Positions 24,979 through 36,652 of a stretch of DNA of 64,000 bases are shown here, piece after piece. How positions within the stretch are numbered: the first letter of the stretch is position 1; each line of letters starts with the position of its first letter. Origin of the DNA: Coniocarpon cinnabarinum (taxonomy: Eukaryota); contig JAVECO010000002.1 of the NCBI GenBank assembly GCA_051942205.1, positions 124,001 to 188,000 of the forward strand, written 5' to 3'. The position numbers and the translations under genes are program-made. The notes under the pieces were generated by a model, which searched no databases, was not told the origin of the DNA, and saw only the letters and a list, made by a program, of their open reading frames with translations.

Positions 24979-25911
24979 ACGGGATTCTGTCGTCATTCGC
25001 GTCGCAGCGTCTACTTACGCAGACAGATTGCACGCAGCAGGAGTGAGCCCCGCTATCGATTGCGAGCGGACGCTATTATCAAGCAGGGCGTACGACTTCT
25101 GCAGCTCAGACGCATTCACGGACGTGCTTGCTAATATATGAGCGTCCGTGCTGCTCGAGCGAGAATCACTAGTCCCTCGGAAAGGGACAACCTTGCATTG
25201 AGTAGATACAATCTCCACTACAATCATACTAGCTCTCACTATCTTCAGCGTGTCTTGCTGACAACCGACTTCAAGAAGGAAGATTCGTGAAGGCTACCAA
25301 GGCATAGCTTTGCGATGGAGAACTATGTGAAAGCCCGACATTGGTGGTGCAACCCGTTGTTGGCAGTCCTCGACTAAGCGCTGAAGAAAGCTTGCCCCGT
25401 CACTCGAGAATGCAATCTTTTTCAACACGTGAATAGCCGAGACCAGTGCAAACAGCGCCATGCTACAGGAACAACCCCCGAACGAGCTTCTAAAGCACGT
25501 CGAGGCTGAAAGTGTGTAATCACAAGAGTTTCCACTGCCCGTCCCCCGAGCTTGCATGCTCCCTACTCTGCAGAACGGGACCCAGCGTAGATATCCAACT
25601 AGTATTATGCTCCATGCAGTACATCCATGTTGCAGAGCGGCCCGAGGCAAATCTATATTTGAGAATTTTTCTGTCCAGCATTTCATTGCGCCGCACTGGT
25701 GCAACGCTTAAGTCCCACAAGCTTTCCGTGCAGCCGTAGGTGAGCTTTGGCTACAGTCACGTGATTCAATCTCACATGATAAATCATGACACTGCCAAAT
25801 CGGCCGTCAGTATCTCAACGACTTATCATACACAGAAGCCACGGGCCATCACTGAGCCAACTCGCACTGGCTCCAGCTGTGTCAAGCAAATCCTCAGTCA
25901 AGGTATTTCTA

Positions 25912-26307
25912 ATGATATATCATGCCCTAATCACAACCCACCACATCACCTCCCGCCGCAAAATCACGCTCCTCCGTCGCGCCGCTCGCGAACTTCGACC
26001 CCTATCAATCCTCATTTGCTCGGGTGGCACGCCCGGAATTATGTATGTTTCTGGCACTGAACAGACGCGGGTCGAAGAGTGGGTTGAGCGTGTGCGAAGG
26101 TTGAGGTATTTGAAGTTTAAGGTTGTGAGTCGGGGTGTGGAGGGGTGGGGCGAGAGAAGTAGTAACAGAGATGGGGTGGTGAGGGAGGAGATTCAGGAAG
26201 GGTATGAGGAAGAGTTTGAGGAGGTGACGAGTATGAAGCGGTTTGGGGAGGAGATGGGTACGAAGAATCTATGGGGCTGGTGGAGGGGGAGGATGGGTCT
26301 TGGGTGA
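25912..26307 (+). CDS. Small DUF1115-like protein (resembles the C-terminal domain of RWDD2 proteins)
   Basis: THHITSRRKI...ARELR...GGTPGIMYVSG...VEEWVERVRRLRY, FEEVTSM; start could also be at 25786. Confidence 0.6.
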   Translation: MIYHALITTHHITSRRKITLLRRAARELRPLSILICSGGTPGIMYVSGTEQTRVEEWVERVRRLRYLKFKVVSRGVEGWGERSSNRDGVVREEIQEGYEEEFEEVTSMKRFGEEMGTKNLWGWWRGRMGLG

Positions 26308-26642
26308 TGAGTTGTGGATTCTTAGGATCTTGACGACTGCTTGCCCGGGCCTTTGTTGCAATGCGGTCGACGGACTCTTACCAAAGCCTCCATATCCCTC
26401 AAAAGAAAGGGAACCTGCGCTGCAAAACGGATTCGAGCGCACGCAATGGTATCTGAAACTTGCATCACCATCAACAAACAGGGCTTGCGATTGGATATCA
26501 GACTCTCACGAAGGCATATTGCGCAATTCTGATATCTAAAAAGACTTGTGCTGGGACGATGAAACTGATAAAAGCCACGTGCGTTATCGTATAAGGAATG
26601 CTCAAGTGAATGTAATGCACACATACTGAAAAGTCCAATCCC

Positions 26643-26990
26643 ATGCACCGGCCAAACAGAAAGAACAGAGACGGCTTTGAGGAAGCAATCGATTCAGACG
26701 AGCACGATTCGCGCGAAGCAGCAAGAATAGATAGGGTTCTTCCTGGGGCTTTTCCGAGAGTTGAGGATTCCAGCAACGAAAGTGATGATGAGGAAGGGGA
26801 ATTCCGCATGTCTATACCGATGGCGGAAGGGACGAGTGATGATGATCAGTCAAGAGACGAAGATGACGAAGCGGAGGAAGAAGCATTGCAAGGCAGTCAT
26901 GAAGCGAGGGCGATGGTAAGGGCAATGGAACAAGACACGTATAGCCCAGATCATAGCGATGCAGAAATTGCTTCCGAGGGCTATGAGTAG
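26643..26990 (+). CDS. Hypothetical acidic low-complexity protein (115 aa)
   Basis: ATG-initiated ORF with strong D/E bias; no recognisable domain. Confidence 0.3.
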   Translation: MHRPNRKNRDGFEEAIDSDEHDSREAARIDRVLPGAFPRVEDSSNESDDEEGEFRMSIPMAEGTSDDDQSRDEDDEAEEEALQGSHEARAMVRAMEQDTYSPDHSDAEIASEGYE

Positions 26991-27359
26991 CTGTGTATGT
27001 ATCATGTGTCCTCGCGGTAGATCAAACAAAGTCGTCAAAGTATGGGCTCTGCGTCCACGATTCTGGTGTGCCGGCACGCCAACGCCTTCTCTAAAGTGCG
27101 ATCTCCAGTTAAGAGGGTGCTACGCTATGATCACCACATAGTCTGTGAATATACAAGCCTAGGTGATCATTGTTTGATTGTATATAAGTTGTTATATTTA
27201 ATCATGATTTTCCTGTTCTATATAGCAATGTTCTTTGCTGGAGTAGTTTTGACCTAATTCTTGGCGGCATTAAAATCACGTGACGTTTAATCCATAGCAA
27301 TACAACTCCGTCCCTCTATCAAACGGCCTGTTTCGCACTATCTGCTATCACAAACACGA

Positions 27360-28605
27360 ATGTACGAGGGATATCTCCAGCAACCATCGCTACTCAACAT
27401 TACATCGGCACTTGCGTCAGACGACTACAAAACTCGACTCAGACAATGCTGGGCGCAGCAGACGTGTAACTCCTGTCTTGAGAGTTCTGCATATTGTGGA
27501 TGGTGTGGCGCTGTATGTACTCTCTCATATTCCCTGTCTCTCATTCCCTACGTGCTTGCATGCGAGTGTCTTCAGTACAGTTTTGCGTAAACACGTTGGA
27601 TCATGGTATATGAGCTTTGTATTCTGTTTCTCTTGCTCGCGTTCAAGGGTCAAAACTTTCATCTGGAACCTATCAGCGTCAGAAGGATTCTGTATACTTG
27701 AAGAGGACTTACTTAGCCCAAAGAACACCCCATTGTTTCAATGTTCAGTCCCCATTTGCGATTTTCACAAGGTTATGGAGAGTCTAAAGCCAAGGCTTGT
27801 TTCCAGCACTTCTTCGTGTCATCTTCAGCCCCATAGCAGACGCTCTTGGCGTCTTCCGATTGGAAGAGTACTACTTTGCATTCTACATCATTTCGCTTGT
27901 GGCTTGCATTTTTCCGAGACTCGGCAAGTGGTTCCTCTCGCATCCTCAACCTCTGCCATTTCCTTGCTTCCTTCAGCCTCGTTCCCATGATCTCTGGCAG
28001 GCCCGTTGACGGGGCATCCACCTAGTCTTTCACTGCCACCTTCTTGAAGCCTGGAACCCTCTCGCCCCTAGCACACCCTCTTGAAAATCCATTCGAACCA
28101 CCACCCCTCCTCCCGGATCTGTCCCATGACTTTCCAACCAGACGCTGACTAACGAACCCAGTCCACAATCTGCGCCCCTCTCCCCCTCCCAAAATCAAAA
28201 CTTACAATCCTCCATCCCTGGCGCCACTACCGACAACCCCCCTGGAACAATCCCAACGCCTCCGGTCCCTCTGGCTCAATCTGTCCCTCCTATGACGACC
28301 GCTGGGATCTCCGAACACCAGAATGGGGCTGCCATGTGAATACCGCGACAATCACCGCTATTCTGGTTACTATTCTTTCGACTTTGATTGGAGTGCTGGT
28401 GTTGACGGAATTGTGGAGACTGGCAAGATGGGGTTTGAGGCGGAGTGGAGTTGGGTTGATGTTCGAAAGGGGGCTTGGTACAGAAGTGAGAGTAGATGGG
28501 GGACAACGACGGGTGCGGAGGTGGAAGTGTGACGGGTTTTGGAGGACAGGGGAGAGGGGCGAGGTGCTGAGATGGAAAAAGAGAATGGGTCAGTTTGAGG
28601 AGTGA
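27360..28605 (+). CDS. Cys-rich PSI-like single-pass membrane protein; 2 exons (long intron 27513-28161)
   Basis: Exon 1 CWAQQTCNSCLESSAYCGWCGA joins in phase 0 to STICAP...ICPSYDDRWDLRTPEWGCHVNT plus TM segment ITAILVTILSTLIGVLVL; GTATGT donor, GACTAAC branch, CAG acceptor. Confidence 0.75.
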
Positions 28606-29531
28606 TCCTCGTTCTCACACCGATCCCCGGTGGCAGTTCGTCGATATGAAGTCGAAAAGCGCGTGCAAGCTGAATGCTCACGCGCGAAGTATGACGGGCA
28701 TACAAACTAAGATCGAAAACGACAGCCATTGCAATGTGCACGGACTATTTCACAGGTGAAACATTAATAGGTATGTGCACTGCACTGATGCGAACAGGGG
28801 GATTCTTCTCCGTCGCTTCTGTATAGATTTTGCACTTAGCGGATCCTTCCCATCGGAGATCTTCTTTACCGGGAGATCTTCTCTACCAGAGATCTTCGCT
28901 CTAATCGATCTTTCCCATTGTAAATCCAAGATCTGCTCTACCCTACATATGAATCTCCTTACTACCGAATTCTCACTATAGATTTCCTCCAACATCGATG
29001 TTCGCGATAATAGATCTACTCTTGAACACGTGCCGTGTACCATGCATCACCTATATCCCCATTTCATGCATGGCACACCAAAAGTCCATCTATTTCTCTT
29101 CAAACTTACCTTCGGTATCGAAGGCATAGCGCGTCTTCGGCATGCTGATACTCGCAAAGCCAGATACGTGCATCATCGTTTTCTCAAGCATTTGTTGTTT
29201 CTCAATCGTCACAGTCTTGAACAAAAGAGTGCATCGGATGTACAATTCAGGTCTATACGCGATCGATGATGATATTCCAACAAACAACCCCACTATGACA
29301 CTTCAACAAAGTATTTATGTTTCTCAATCTCTAACTAGGGTGAACAATCCAACATTTATGGGTGAACATTCATCCCCACTGGCGCTTCTATACGACCGTG
29401 ATCATCTTCAGCCATTCTATGCCATAGCATCGAGCATCGAGCGTCGAGCATTTCCATGCAACAAGTTGTTAAGTAGAAGTCGTTGTAAAGCTCATTCATT
29501 TGATGGATAGGAATTAATCATTTATCATGCT

Positions 29532-29837
29532 GTCGATATGTTGATTGTAGTCGATGCGTTAATTATAGTTAATACGTTAATTATATTTAATATATTAATT
29601 ATAGTTAATGCGTTAATTATAGTTAATACGTTAATTATAGTCAATGCGTTGATTGTAGTCGATGCGTTGGTTGTAGTCGATGCGTTGATTACAGTCGATA
29701 CGTTAATTACAGTCGATGCGTTGATTATAGTCGATACTTTAACTGTAGTTAATGCGTTAATTGCAGTCGATGCGTTGATTACAGTCGATGTGCTGATTAT
29801 AGTCGATATGTTGATTGTAGTCGATGCGTTGATTACA
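29532..29837. repeat. Tandem array of 17 x 18-bp units, consensus approximately GTCGATGCGTTGATTRYA
   Basis: Units read off in exact register with no indels, e.g. gtcgatgcgttgattaca (three copies) grading to gttaatacgttaattata and tttaatatattaattata. Confidence 0.97.
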
Positions 29838-30457
29838 GCGGAAGTAGACAGAAAGAATAGACAGAAAGAGTGGGCAGAGCGAGTGACTGCATTCATCGCC
29901 GGATTCAACAAATTGAGTGTGAGTGGTGCTACGCAGCTTAATTCGTCTCGATCCCTGACCGGGATCAGCACTCAGGTCAGCACTCAAGGAGATAGCGACA
30001 TCATCGAAGATCCAACAAGGACCTAAGATAGAGTTTCTCATGCAACCGAATCTCATCCATTTGAATGGAGACGGCGGTCTGCTGCATTTCGTCGCGAGTC
30101 TATCCAATCGAATCTATTGTACATCAAGCACTCCCATTCAACGCTACGAATGCTATTTCTGCTCCGAACCACAGCAACTCCTCTTTTCCCGTCTTCAATC
30201 TCTGGACTCACAGGCTACATCAACCTCTCGCCAATCATCGTACAGACCTCGTTGCAATCTCAGTCTAGGCGCCTGAACTGGGCGCCAAGCTCAGACGACG
30301 AGGCCTTATAATAAGATTCAAGTTCCAAAGCCCTGACACCAAAGGCGAAAGTACCTTGTGACTCTAAGCCATTGAGTTCCGATACAGAGTCATCTTTCCC
30401 TTCCACGAGGCAACGCCTTACCAGTACAAACGAGCGCACGCAAGCTTAAGCACTCAC

Positions 30458-33046
30458 TCACTCCGTCGCCTTCCTTCTCCTCTCACTCTCCCGCGCAATC
30501 TTCCTCAAAAATGGATTCGTAAACTCCTTCTTCCCCCTCGCATCCTTCTTGAGCTGCGCATTCCTCGACTTGTTATACTCCATGTACGCCATATCCTGGC
30601 CACCACTCAGATCTTGCAACGTCCCCGCCGTCCGCTTGACCAGTGGTCCCTGCTTGCCCTTCTTCCCTCCACCGCCTCCACCACCTCGTCCGTGCCGTCT
30701 TGCTTCTGTGTCCCACATGTCGCCTCCTTCGATGTCTTCAGCCGCTGCTGACATTTCATTCTGCAACATGACATCCTGAAGTAATTCGCGTCGCTCAAGC
30801 GCAGATTCGAAGGCTAGTCCCTTCATGCGTTCGATGCCCGCGAGATGGGTAATGACTTTGAAGGCATAACCCTGATCCACCAGAAACGCCTGTCGCTTGG
30901 ATGAGTATACCATCTCCGTCGTGTCTTTGCTCACAAGCGAATAGAAGAACGCATTAAAGCCCTCATCGTTACGGCGTTTAGCTCGCAGAATCCGTCCAAG
31001 TCTCTGCGCTTCCTGCCGTCGGGACCCATAGTGCGACGATACTTGTATGAGACACGTAGCTTCAGGCAAATCGATCGAGGTATCCCCGATCTTCGACAGG
31101 AACATCGTATTGACTTGTTCGTTGTGCTGGAAGTTTTCTAAAATCCGGAGACGCTCTTGCTGCGGCGTACCGCCGAAGATGAACGCCTTGTTCAGTTTAC
31201 GCGCGTAGCGTTCGAGCGTGTAGACGTTATCGGAGAAGACGATGATCTTGTCGCCGCGGCGCTCGTGGTAGTCGATGAGGAACTGACATGCTTGAAACTT
31301 GCGTGGATTCATCATGTAGAGGAGTTTCTTCTTGGCGTGGCTGGCGCGGAGGTATTCAGTATAAAACTCGGCGGTCATGGGACACCACACCTCGGCGCAC
31401 TGGACGCGGGCGATGTGGCCGGCGGCCGCAAGTTCCATCCAATTGGCTTCGTAGAGCTTGGGGCCGATTAGGTAGTTCAGATCAGATATCTTATCGTCTT
31501 CACGGAGCAGCGTAGCGGTCAGCCCCAGTTTCGAATGCGCCTTGATGTACCCCGCGGCGGCTCGAAAGACTTTCGCCGGGACGACGTGCACCTCGTCCAG
31601 AATCATGAGACCCCACTCGCGAGAGCGGATGAAGTCAATCACTTTTTGGGTGTCATACGCGCGATTTGTGACCTTGCTGACCATGGAGTAGGTGCTCACT
31701 ATGATACCCGTCGAGCCCGAGAAGCGTTCTTTGATATCTGAGGTGAAGACAGCGACGTCTTTAGGGTTGACATTGGACCACTTCAGGAACTCGGTCTTCC
31801 ACTGTACCACCGACATGTTGTTTGTACACAGCACGATGATTCCTTTTCTAACGGTGCAGGCGGCGGTGATGCCGACGAGAGTCTTGCCGGCACCGCAGGG
31901 GAGCACGATGATGCCAGACTTTGCTCGACCATTGCCAAACATTTTAGACAGTGACTTTTCTTGATAATCTCGAATGCGCGCCACGGGCCGTAGATCAATG
32001 TCAAGATTTGCGTTTCGGGCATCGTTCCTAAAGTCATATTCCTCTGTGACTGGCAGGTCAATCTGCAAGCAGCGCTCCTTGACCTTCTCGATGTTCTCGT
32101 CGGCGATCTGGAAGGAGTGTACTTGTTGCAGATCGTCATCGTCATCTTCATCCTCACGGCGGAGCAGCGCCTCAAAGTCTGTATCAGACGGGCCCGCAAA
32201 CTCCTCATCGGCGTCTGAATCCGCGTCTTCTGCATTTCCATCACGATTCGCTTCCGGTTTCTGAGTCTGTCCGAGCTCAGCGGCTTTGCTGTTGCTAGCA
32301 TCCTTTGTACCAGGGATGACCAGCCCATTCATGGTCGACGCTTTCTCAGACTTCGTCTGCTGTGTGCCTTCCAAACGAAGCGGACCGATGATTGGATCTC
32401 GCAGCAGCTTCTGCAAAGCATCTGCATCGCTAGACTCTACAAAGTATTGATTGTGCTTCAGGACGAGCTTGATCTTTCCAAACGACCGGGTGATGTCTGT
32501 AACCCAGTCCTTGAAAAACCGGGGTATCGTGTTCTTGGAGAACTTGTCAAGATTACGTATTATTTCGTGTGCGTTCAAGCCCACGGAAGAAGCGGAGAGG
32601 AGACTCTGGGGATTGATCTTGTATTCATGAAGAAATTGCGGCCGCGACTGAGGCTCCGCGATGGCTACTAAGAAGTCCTGTGCCTGCTTGGCCAGTTGAT
32701 TGAAGCTTTCTAGTATGACAGTCCCGTTGGCCGGATCCAGCCAGATAGGTCGGAGCTCATGATCCGGCTTCAGACTGAGACCCACCAAGTCGTCCCTGAG
32801 CCCCGACACCGCTGAGTCGGGTCGCTTCATAGGTTTTTTCTTTTGATATGCATCAAGCGTGTGCTTGCTGCGAGCGATGCGGACCTTCTCTTCACCCGTG
32901 AAATCTGAAGCGGACCCACCACTATCAGAATCTTCGTAGTCATCATCACTTGTCTGAATTGAAGCAGGAGTGCCAGCGCCGGATGCGACGCGCTTGTTTG
33001 CACGAGCCGCAGCGCCATTAATGGCCTTGCGCTTGACAGAAGCCAT
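30458..33046 (-). CDS. SSL2: TFIIH DNA helicase/translocase XPB (Ssl2/Rad25)
   Basis: 862-aa [16 protein letters not shown] (Walker A), [47 protein letters not shown]. Confidence 0.98.
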   Translation of the reverse strand: MASVKRKAINGAAARANKRVASGAGTPASIQTSDDDYEDSDSGGSASDFTGEEKVRIARSKHTLDAYQKKKPMKRPDSAVSGLRDDLVGLSLKPDHELRPIWLDPANGTVILESFNQLAKQAQDFLVAIAEPQSRPQFLHEYKINPQSLLSASSVGLNAHEIIRNLDKFSKNTIPRFFKDWVTDITRSFGKIKLVLKHNQYFVESSDADALQKLLRDPIIGPLRLEGTQQTKSEKASTMNGLVIPGTKDASNSKAAELGQTQKPEANRDGNAEDADSDADEEFAGPSDTDFEALLRREDEDDDDDLQQVHSFQIADENIEKVKERCLQIDLPVTEEYDFRNDARNANLDIDLRPVARIRDYQEKSLSKMFGNGRAKSGIIVLPCGAGKTLVGITAACTVRKGIIVLCTNNMSVVQWKTEFLKWSNVNPKDVAVFTSDIKERFSGSTGIIVSTYSMVSKVTNRAYDTQKVIDFIRSREWGLMILDEVHVVPAKVFRAAAGYIKAHSKLGLTATLLREDDKISDLNYLIGPKLYEANWMELAAAGHIARVQCAEVWCPMTAEFYTEYLRASHAKKKLLYMMNPRKFQACQFLIDYHERRGDKIIVFSDNVYTLERYARKLNKAFIFGGTPQQERLRILENFQHNEQVNTMFLSKIGDTSIDLPEATCLIQVSSHYGSRRQEAQRLGRILRAKRRNDEGFNAFFYSLVSKDTTEMVYSSKRQAFLVDQGYAFKVITHLAGIERMKGLAFESALERRELLQDVMLQNEMSAAAEDIEGGDMWDTEARRHGRGGGGGGGKKGKQGPLVKRTAGTLQDLSGGQDMAYMEYNKSRNAQLKKDARGKKEFTNPFLRKIARESERRRKATE

Positions 33047-33999
33047 TCAGTACGCTCTTGATGGACAAATGAGAGGCGACGGGAATGACGAGAGATCAAG
33101 AGAGCGATTAGGATATCTACGATGGACGAATCTCGAGTTGGAGTTCAAGTCAAAGCCTTGCTGCGGGCGGTCGAGAGGCTAAAAGCCACGATTGGATTCT
33201 GTGGAAAACGTCGGTCAACAAAGAGGAAATGCAAGAAGCGAAGAAGGCATATGAATGATAAGTCAAAGAATGGTTCGCAAGTGCTCTGACGCTCAGCCTG
33301 GCCATGACTGAGCCGCGTTGACCTAAGTGTAGGGTATACCCGCTTGCCTAGAGAGGCAATGAGGCAGCTCTTGTGCGGAGGGCAGGGTCGTATTCTCACA
33401 TAGCCACTTTGAGGGTGAGCTGATTTATTACGTTTATGATCAAGCGGTGTGGAAGATCGGGAAAACGAGGCATGAACCATGATTAAAACTGTGAGGAGGT
33501 AATGGCTAGTTTGGAAGGAGCAAATTGTCTAGTGGTTATGAAAGAATTTCTTCCCTATGACCATGTGTATTGTGTACTAGTTACTCATGCAATTCAACAC
33601 ACGACCGTAATCAGCTGTTCCAGCGGCTTTGGTGATGCGCGGACACCCGAGACGTGCGCAGCCAGCCAGAAAATCAAAGCTTTCGCGTGAATCAATGGGT
33701 CCTGAGAGGAAAATTCGTGGAGTGCGCACAATTGAATCCATTCGAGGAAGCCCACACCGTCTTCCTTCCTTGTTGCCACATCCTGGGCTATGGCCGTATC
33801 GAAGCATTGTTCACCACGCCTGACATGCTCAATCTTCCCTCGCCTGCAACAAAATATTTTAAGGTATGTTGCGATGACGCCGCCTATGCAATGAATCACT
33901 ACACCCGCATCCAAGGTATCATACATAAAATGACATACGGGGCGACAAGATCCCCGTGCCATACCGTTAACACATGCACCATTGGCAGCTCTCAAAAAC

Positions 34000-35621
34000 T
34001 CAAAAGCGGTTGCCACGACCAGCGTGTCGATGCTTGATATGGTCGTGCAAATGTCGCTTGTGCAGCTCAGGTTGAGGAGCCGTCGAGGCAGTGACGTACT
34101 CAGTGACGTCTGTGATGCAGATGTCGTACTCGGCGGCTCCGCTGATGATCTTGGTCGAGCCGTCACACGCTGCAGCCGCTGCCGAGACCGGCGCTGCAGA
34201 TGGTGTCGGAGAGGCCTCTGATGAGGGGGCTGAGTAAGAAGCTGGTGCAGCGGTTGGTGTGACCGTCTCAGTCGCTGCTTGTGCAAACACCAAATCGCCA
34301 GTGCTGCTGCCTTGACGTGTCATTGCTGCGCTCTGCGGATCAGACGAGATTGGGGTAGACTTCGCAGGAGGCTGGGATGATACAGCATACGATGATGGCT
34401 TGTAAGCTGAGGTCGCACGAGAGGCGGTGGGAGAGTAGGGGTGCGGTGACGCCGGGGTTGACTTGGAGCTCGTGGACACAGATGAAGATCCCGCGGCACC
34501 TTTCATGGGGATGACCGGCTCCGGTCCGTTCGAGAGCTGATTTCCACCAGGCAGGCCTTGCATGGGACCTGTGCAACCAGGCTCAGCAGCTTGGGGCAGA
34601 GTCTCAAACTTGCATTGATTCATGTCATCCTCTGAGTTGAGTGTAAACAACGGGCAATCAGAGACCTCTCCCGAAGGGTTAGTACAGGTCTCGATCGCAT
34701 TCTGAAGGTGGCCCTTTTGCCAGCCCATCATGAAGTCTCCATGATAGCCATACCCTGTGAGATCGCCTTGTGAGAGTACGAATTGACCTTCGACCCCCTT
34801 GAATGGGGCAGTGTTCCAGATGGTCTCAAAAAAAAGAGAGGCCGTGCGCTTCGGGTAACCTTGGGGGCAGTCACCTCCGTTCACCAAGCTCGGATAGGCC
34901 ATGTGGGAATGAAAGTCCGGTGAGGTTGCGTCTTCGCCGTTCCAGCATGAGGGGAAGAAAAGCTCCAACCGCAGCCCGTCTGGGCAGTTGTCATCGATGA
35001 ATTGCTTGCTTGGCATACCATGGCGACCCAAGGAGGGCTCTGGGGTTTTGGCGTAGTTCAAGCAGTTGAAGCCGAGTGCCTTCTGTTGCAAGCCATCTTG
35101 CGACACTTCATGCCCCGACCACAGGCTTTTAGGTGGTTCAGGCTCCTTGCAAGTGAAGTTGCGTCGGTGAGCATTTCCGGCAATCATCTGGAAGCCTTGA
35201 GGGAATTCTACCAGGTCCTCCCCCTGCAGCAAATAGTAAGCGAGCATACCGCCTTCCTGCTCCAACATGACACTGGTCTTGTTGGGATACATGAAGTAAA
35301 GTGGCGGCGTCCAGTATGTTGACATGTCTTCTTGAACACCGCAAGATGTACAGTTTCCTTGCTGTAAGCGAAAGTCAGCCGCCTAGCGATGCAAGTGATT
35401 TACGCCAAACGTACCATCATGTTGGCATTAGTCGCGTCCAGGCCGAAGTTGCCTGAGCCGTGAACGGTGTGCGCGTGGTCTGAGACTGCTCCTGGGTCCA
35501 CGATTGGATCAATGAGTCCAAGGCCAGAGCGGCCGCGACATGGTAGTCGCCAGAACGCATCTGTTCCAGTGAAAGCGAGTCCCAGAAGTGAGATGCGAAC
35601 GAGGTCCTTTTGAGGTGACAT
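34000..35621 (-). CDS. Secreted DUF1996 domain protein with Ser/Thr/Pro-rich linker and His-rich tail; 2 exons (intron 35362-35414)
   Basis: Signal-peptide-like start then AFWRLPC, IDPIVDPG, HAHTVHG, CTSC...DMSTYWTP, FPSCWNG, HSHMAYP, GYGYHGDFMMGW. Confidence 0.92.
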
Positions 35622-36652
35622 TCCGTCGATTCTTGGAAACGAATATGAGCTACAAAATTCTTGTCTTTGTGGTCACTGCGGCCGTGATCATATATCGCAG
35701 TGACTCGAGCTGATGGGTGAGCCAAAGATTCTCTCAGACGGTTCTAGCTTCTGAATCCCGACTCCTGGTGAGGGAAAGAGACTCTGTGGAGATTGAAGCT
35801 TGGTGATGTCTATCCAAAACAAGGCGCTGAAACTCTGATGTGCAGGATGCAGGATAACGAGTGACAAGAGGATCAATGATCCAAGCAGCAACCAGACTCT
35901 GAAAGGAATGACAGGTCTCACAGAGAACCGGGCAGAGTTGACGGTGGTGTGATGGCAGCAAAAGCTGTTGACAAGCGACAGACAACAGGAGCTAGAAGGA
36001 AAGAAGAGAAAGTCGTCCGTAAATGAAGACGGATAGCACGGCGGCGACCCATTTGAGCGGTGCTGCAGCCCAAGAGACGCATAGGCGACGCTAAAACGTT
36101 AATCTCAGGACTAGCGGCTCGTCCCTGGGGCGGAAGGGAGCCATTGGGTATGCGTCATTGGCAGGGTGGCTGGCGCTAGGGAGGCGGATCAGGCGCTGAA
36201 ACGAGGGTGCGGCGGTACCCCATAGTCTTGGCTTCACTTCATCTCCCACCCTGTTCCACTCCTCCCTCCACCGCTCCGCCTCTTCAGCCTCTGATCTGCG
36301 CTTGCTCCTGAATATCAGCCGTTTGCCGGCAGAAGAGCAATGACGTCGCACCCATCTCGAAAGTGAGAGCGCGCACAGAGCGTTGCGCTTCAATGCTGTG
36401 TCCCTTCGCAGAATGCACCCCGTGATAAGAGACCTGGTATTCCCCCCCCTCAGGGACTGTTTCATCTCCCGGCAAGGTTGGCAGGCCTTGTCCTTGCAAT
36501 CCAGCCCCACACCGATACGAGCACCCAGCATGAGCGGTCTGGTCTCACGTGCTTCTCAAAACTGCGGCTCTGCAGGCCGGCTTGGCATTGCCATGGAATG
36601 ACGCGGACGCTAGATGAGATTCAATACCTTTTTCATTAGCATTGCCTCCCGT

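Noticed and set aside
29532..29837. Regular repeat array as a CRISPR locus
   Set aside because: Units are head-to-tail with no unique spacers, there are no cas genes, and the context is eukaryotic
29525..30026. ORFs 29538-30026 (+) and 29525-29971 (-) as confident genes
   Set aside because: Openness largely follows from an 18-bp unit lacking stops in those frames; no independent coding evidence
33240..33320. Possible C/D box snoRNA (ATGAATGA...CTGA) upstream of SSL2
   Set aside because: C box is non-canonical, with no terminal stem or rRNA-complementary guide I could identify
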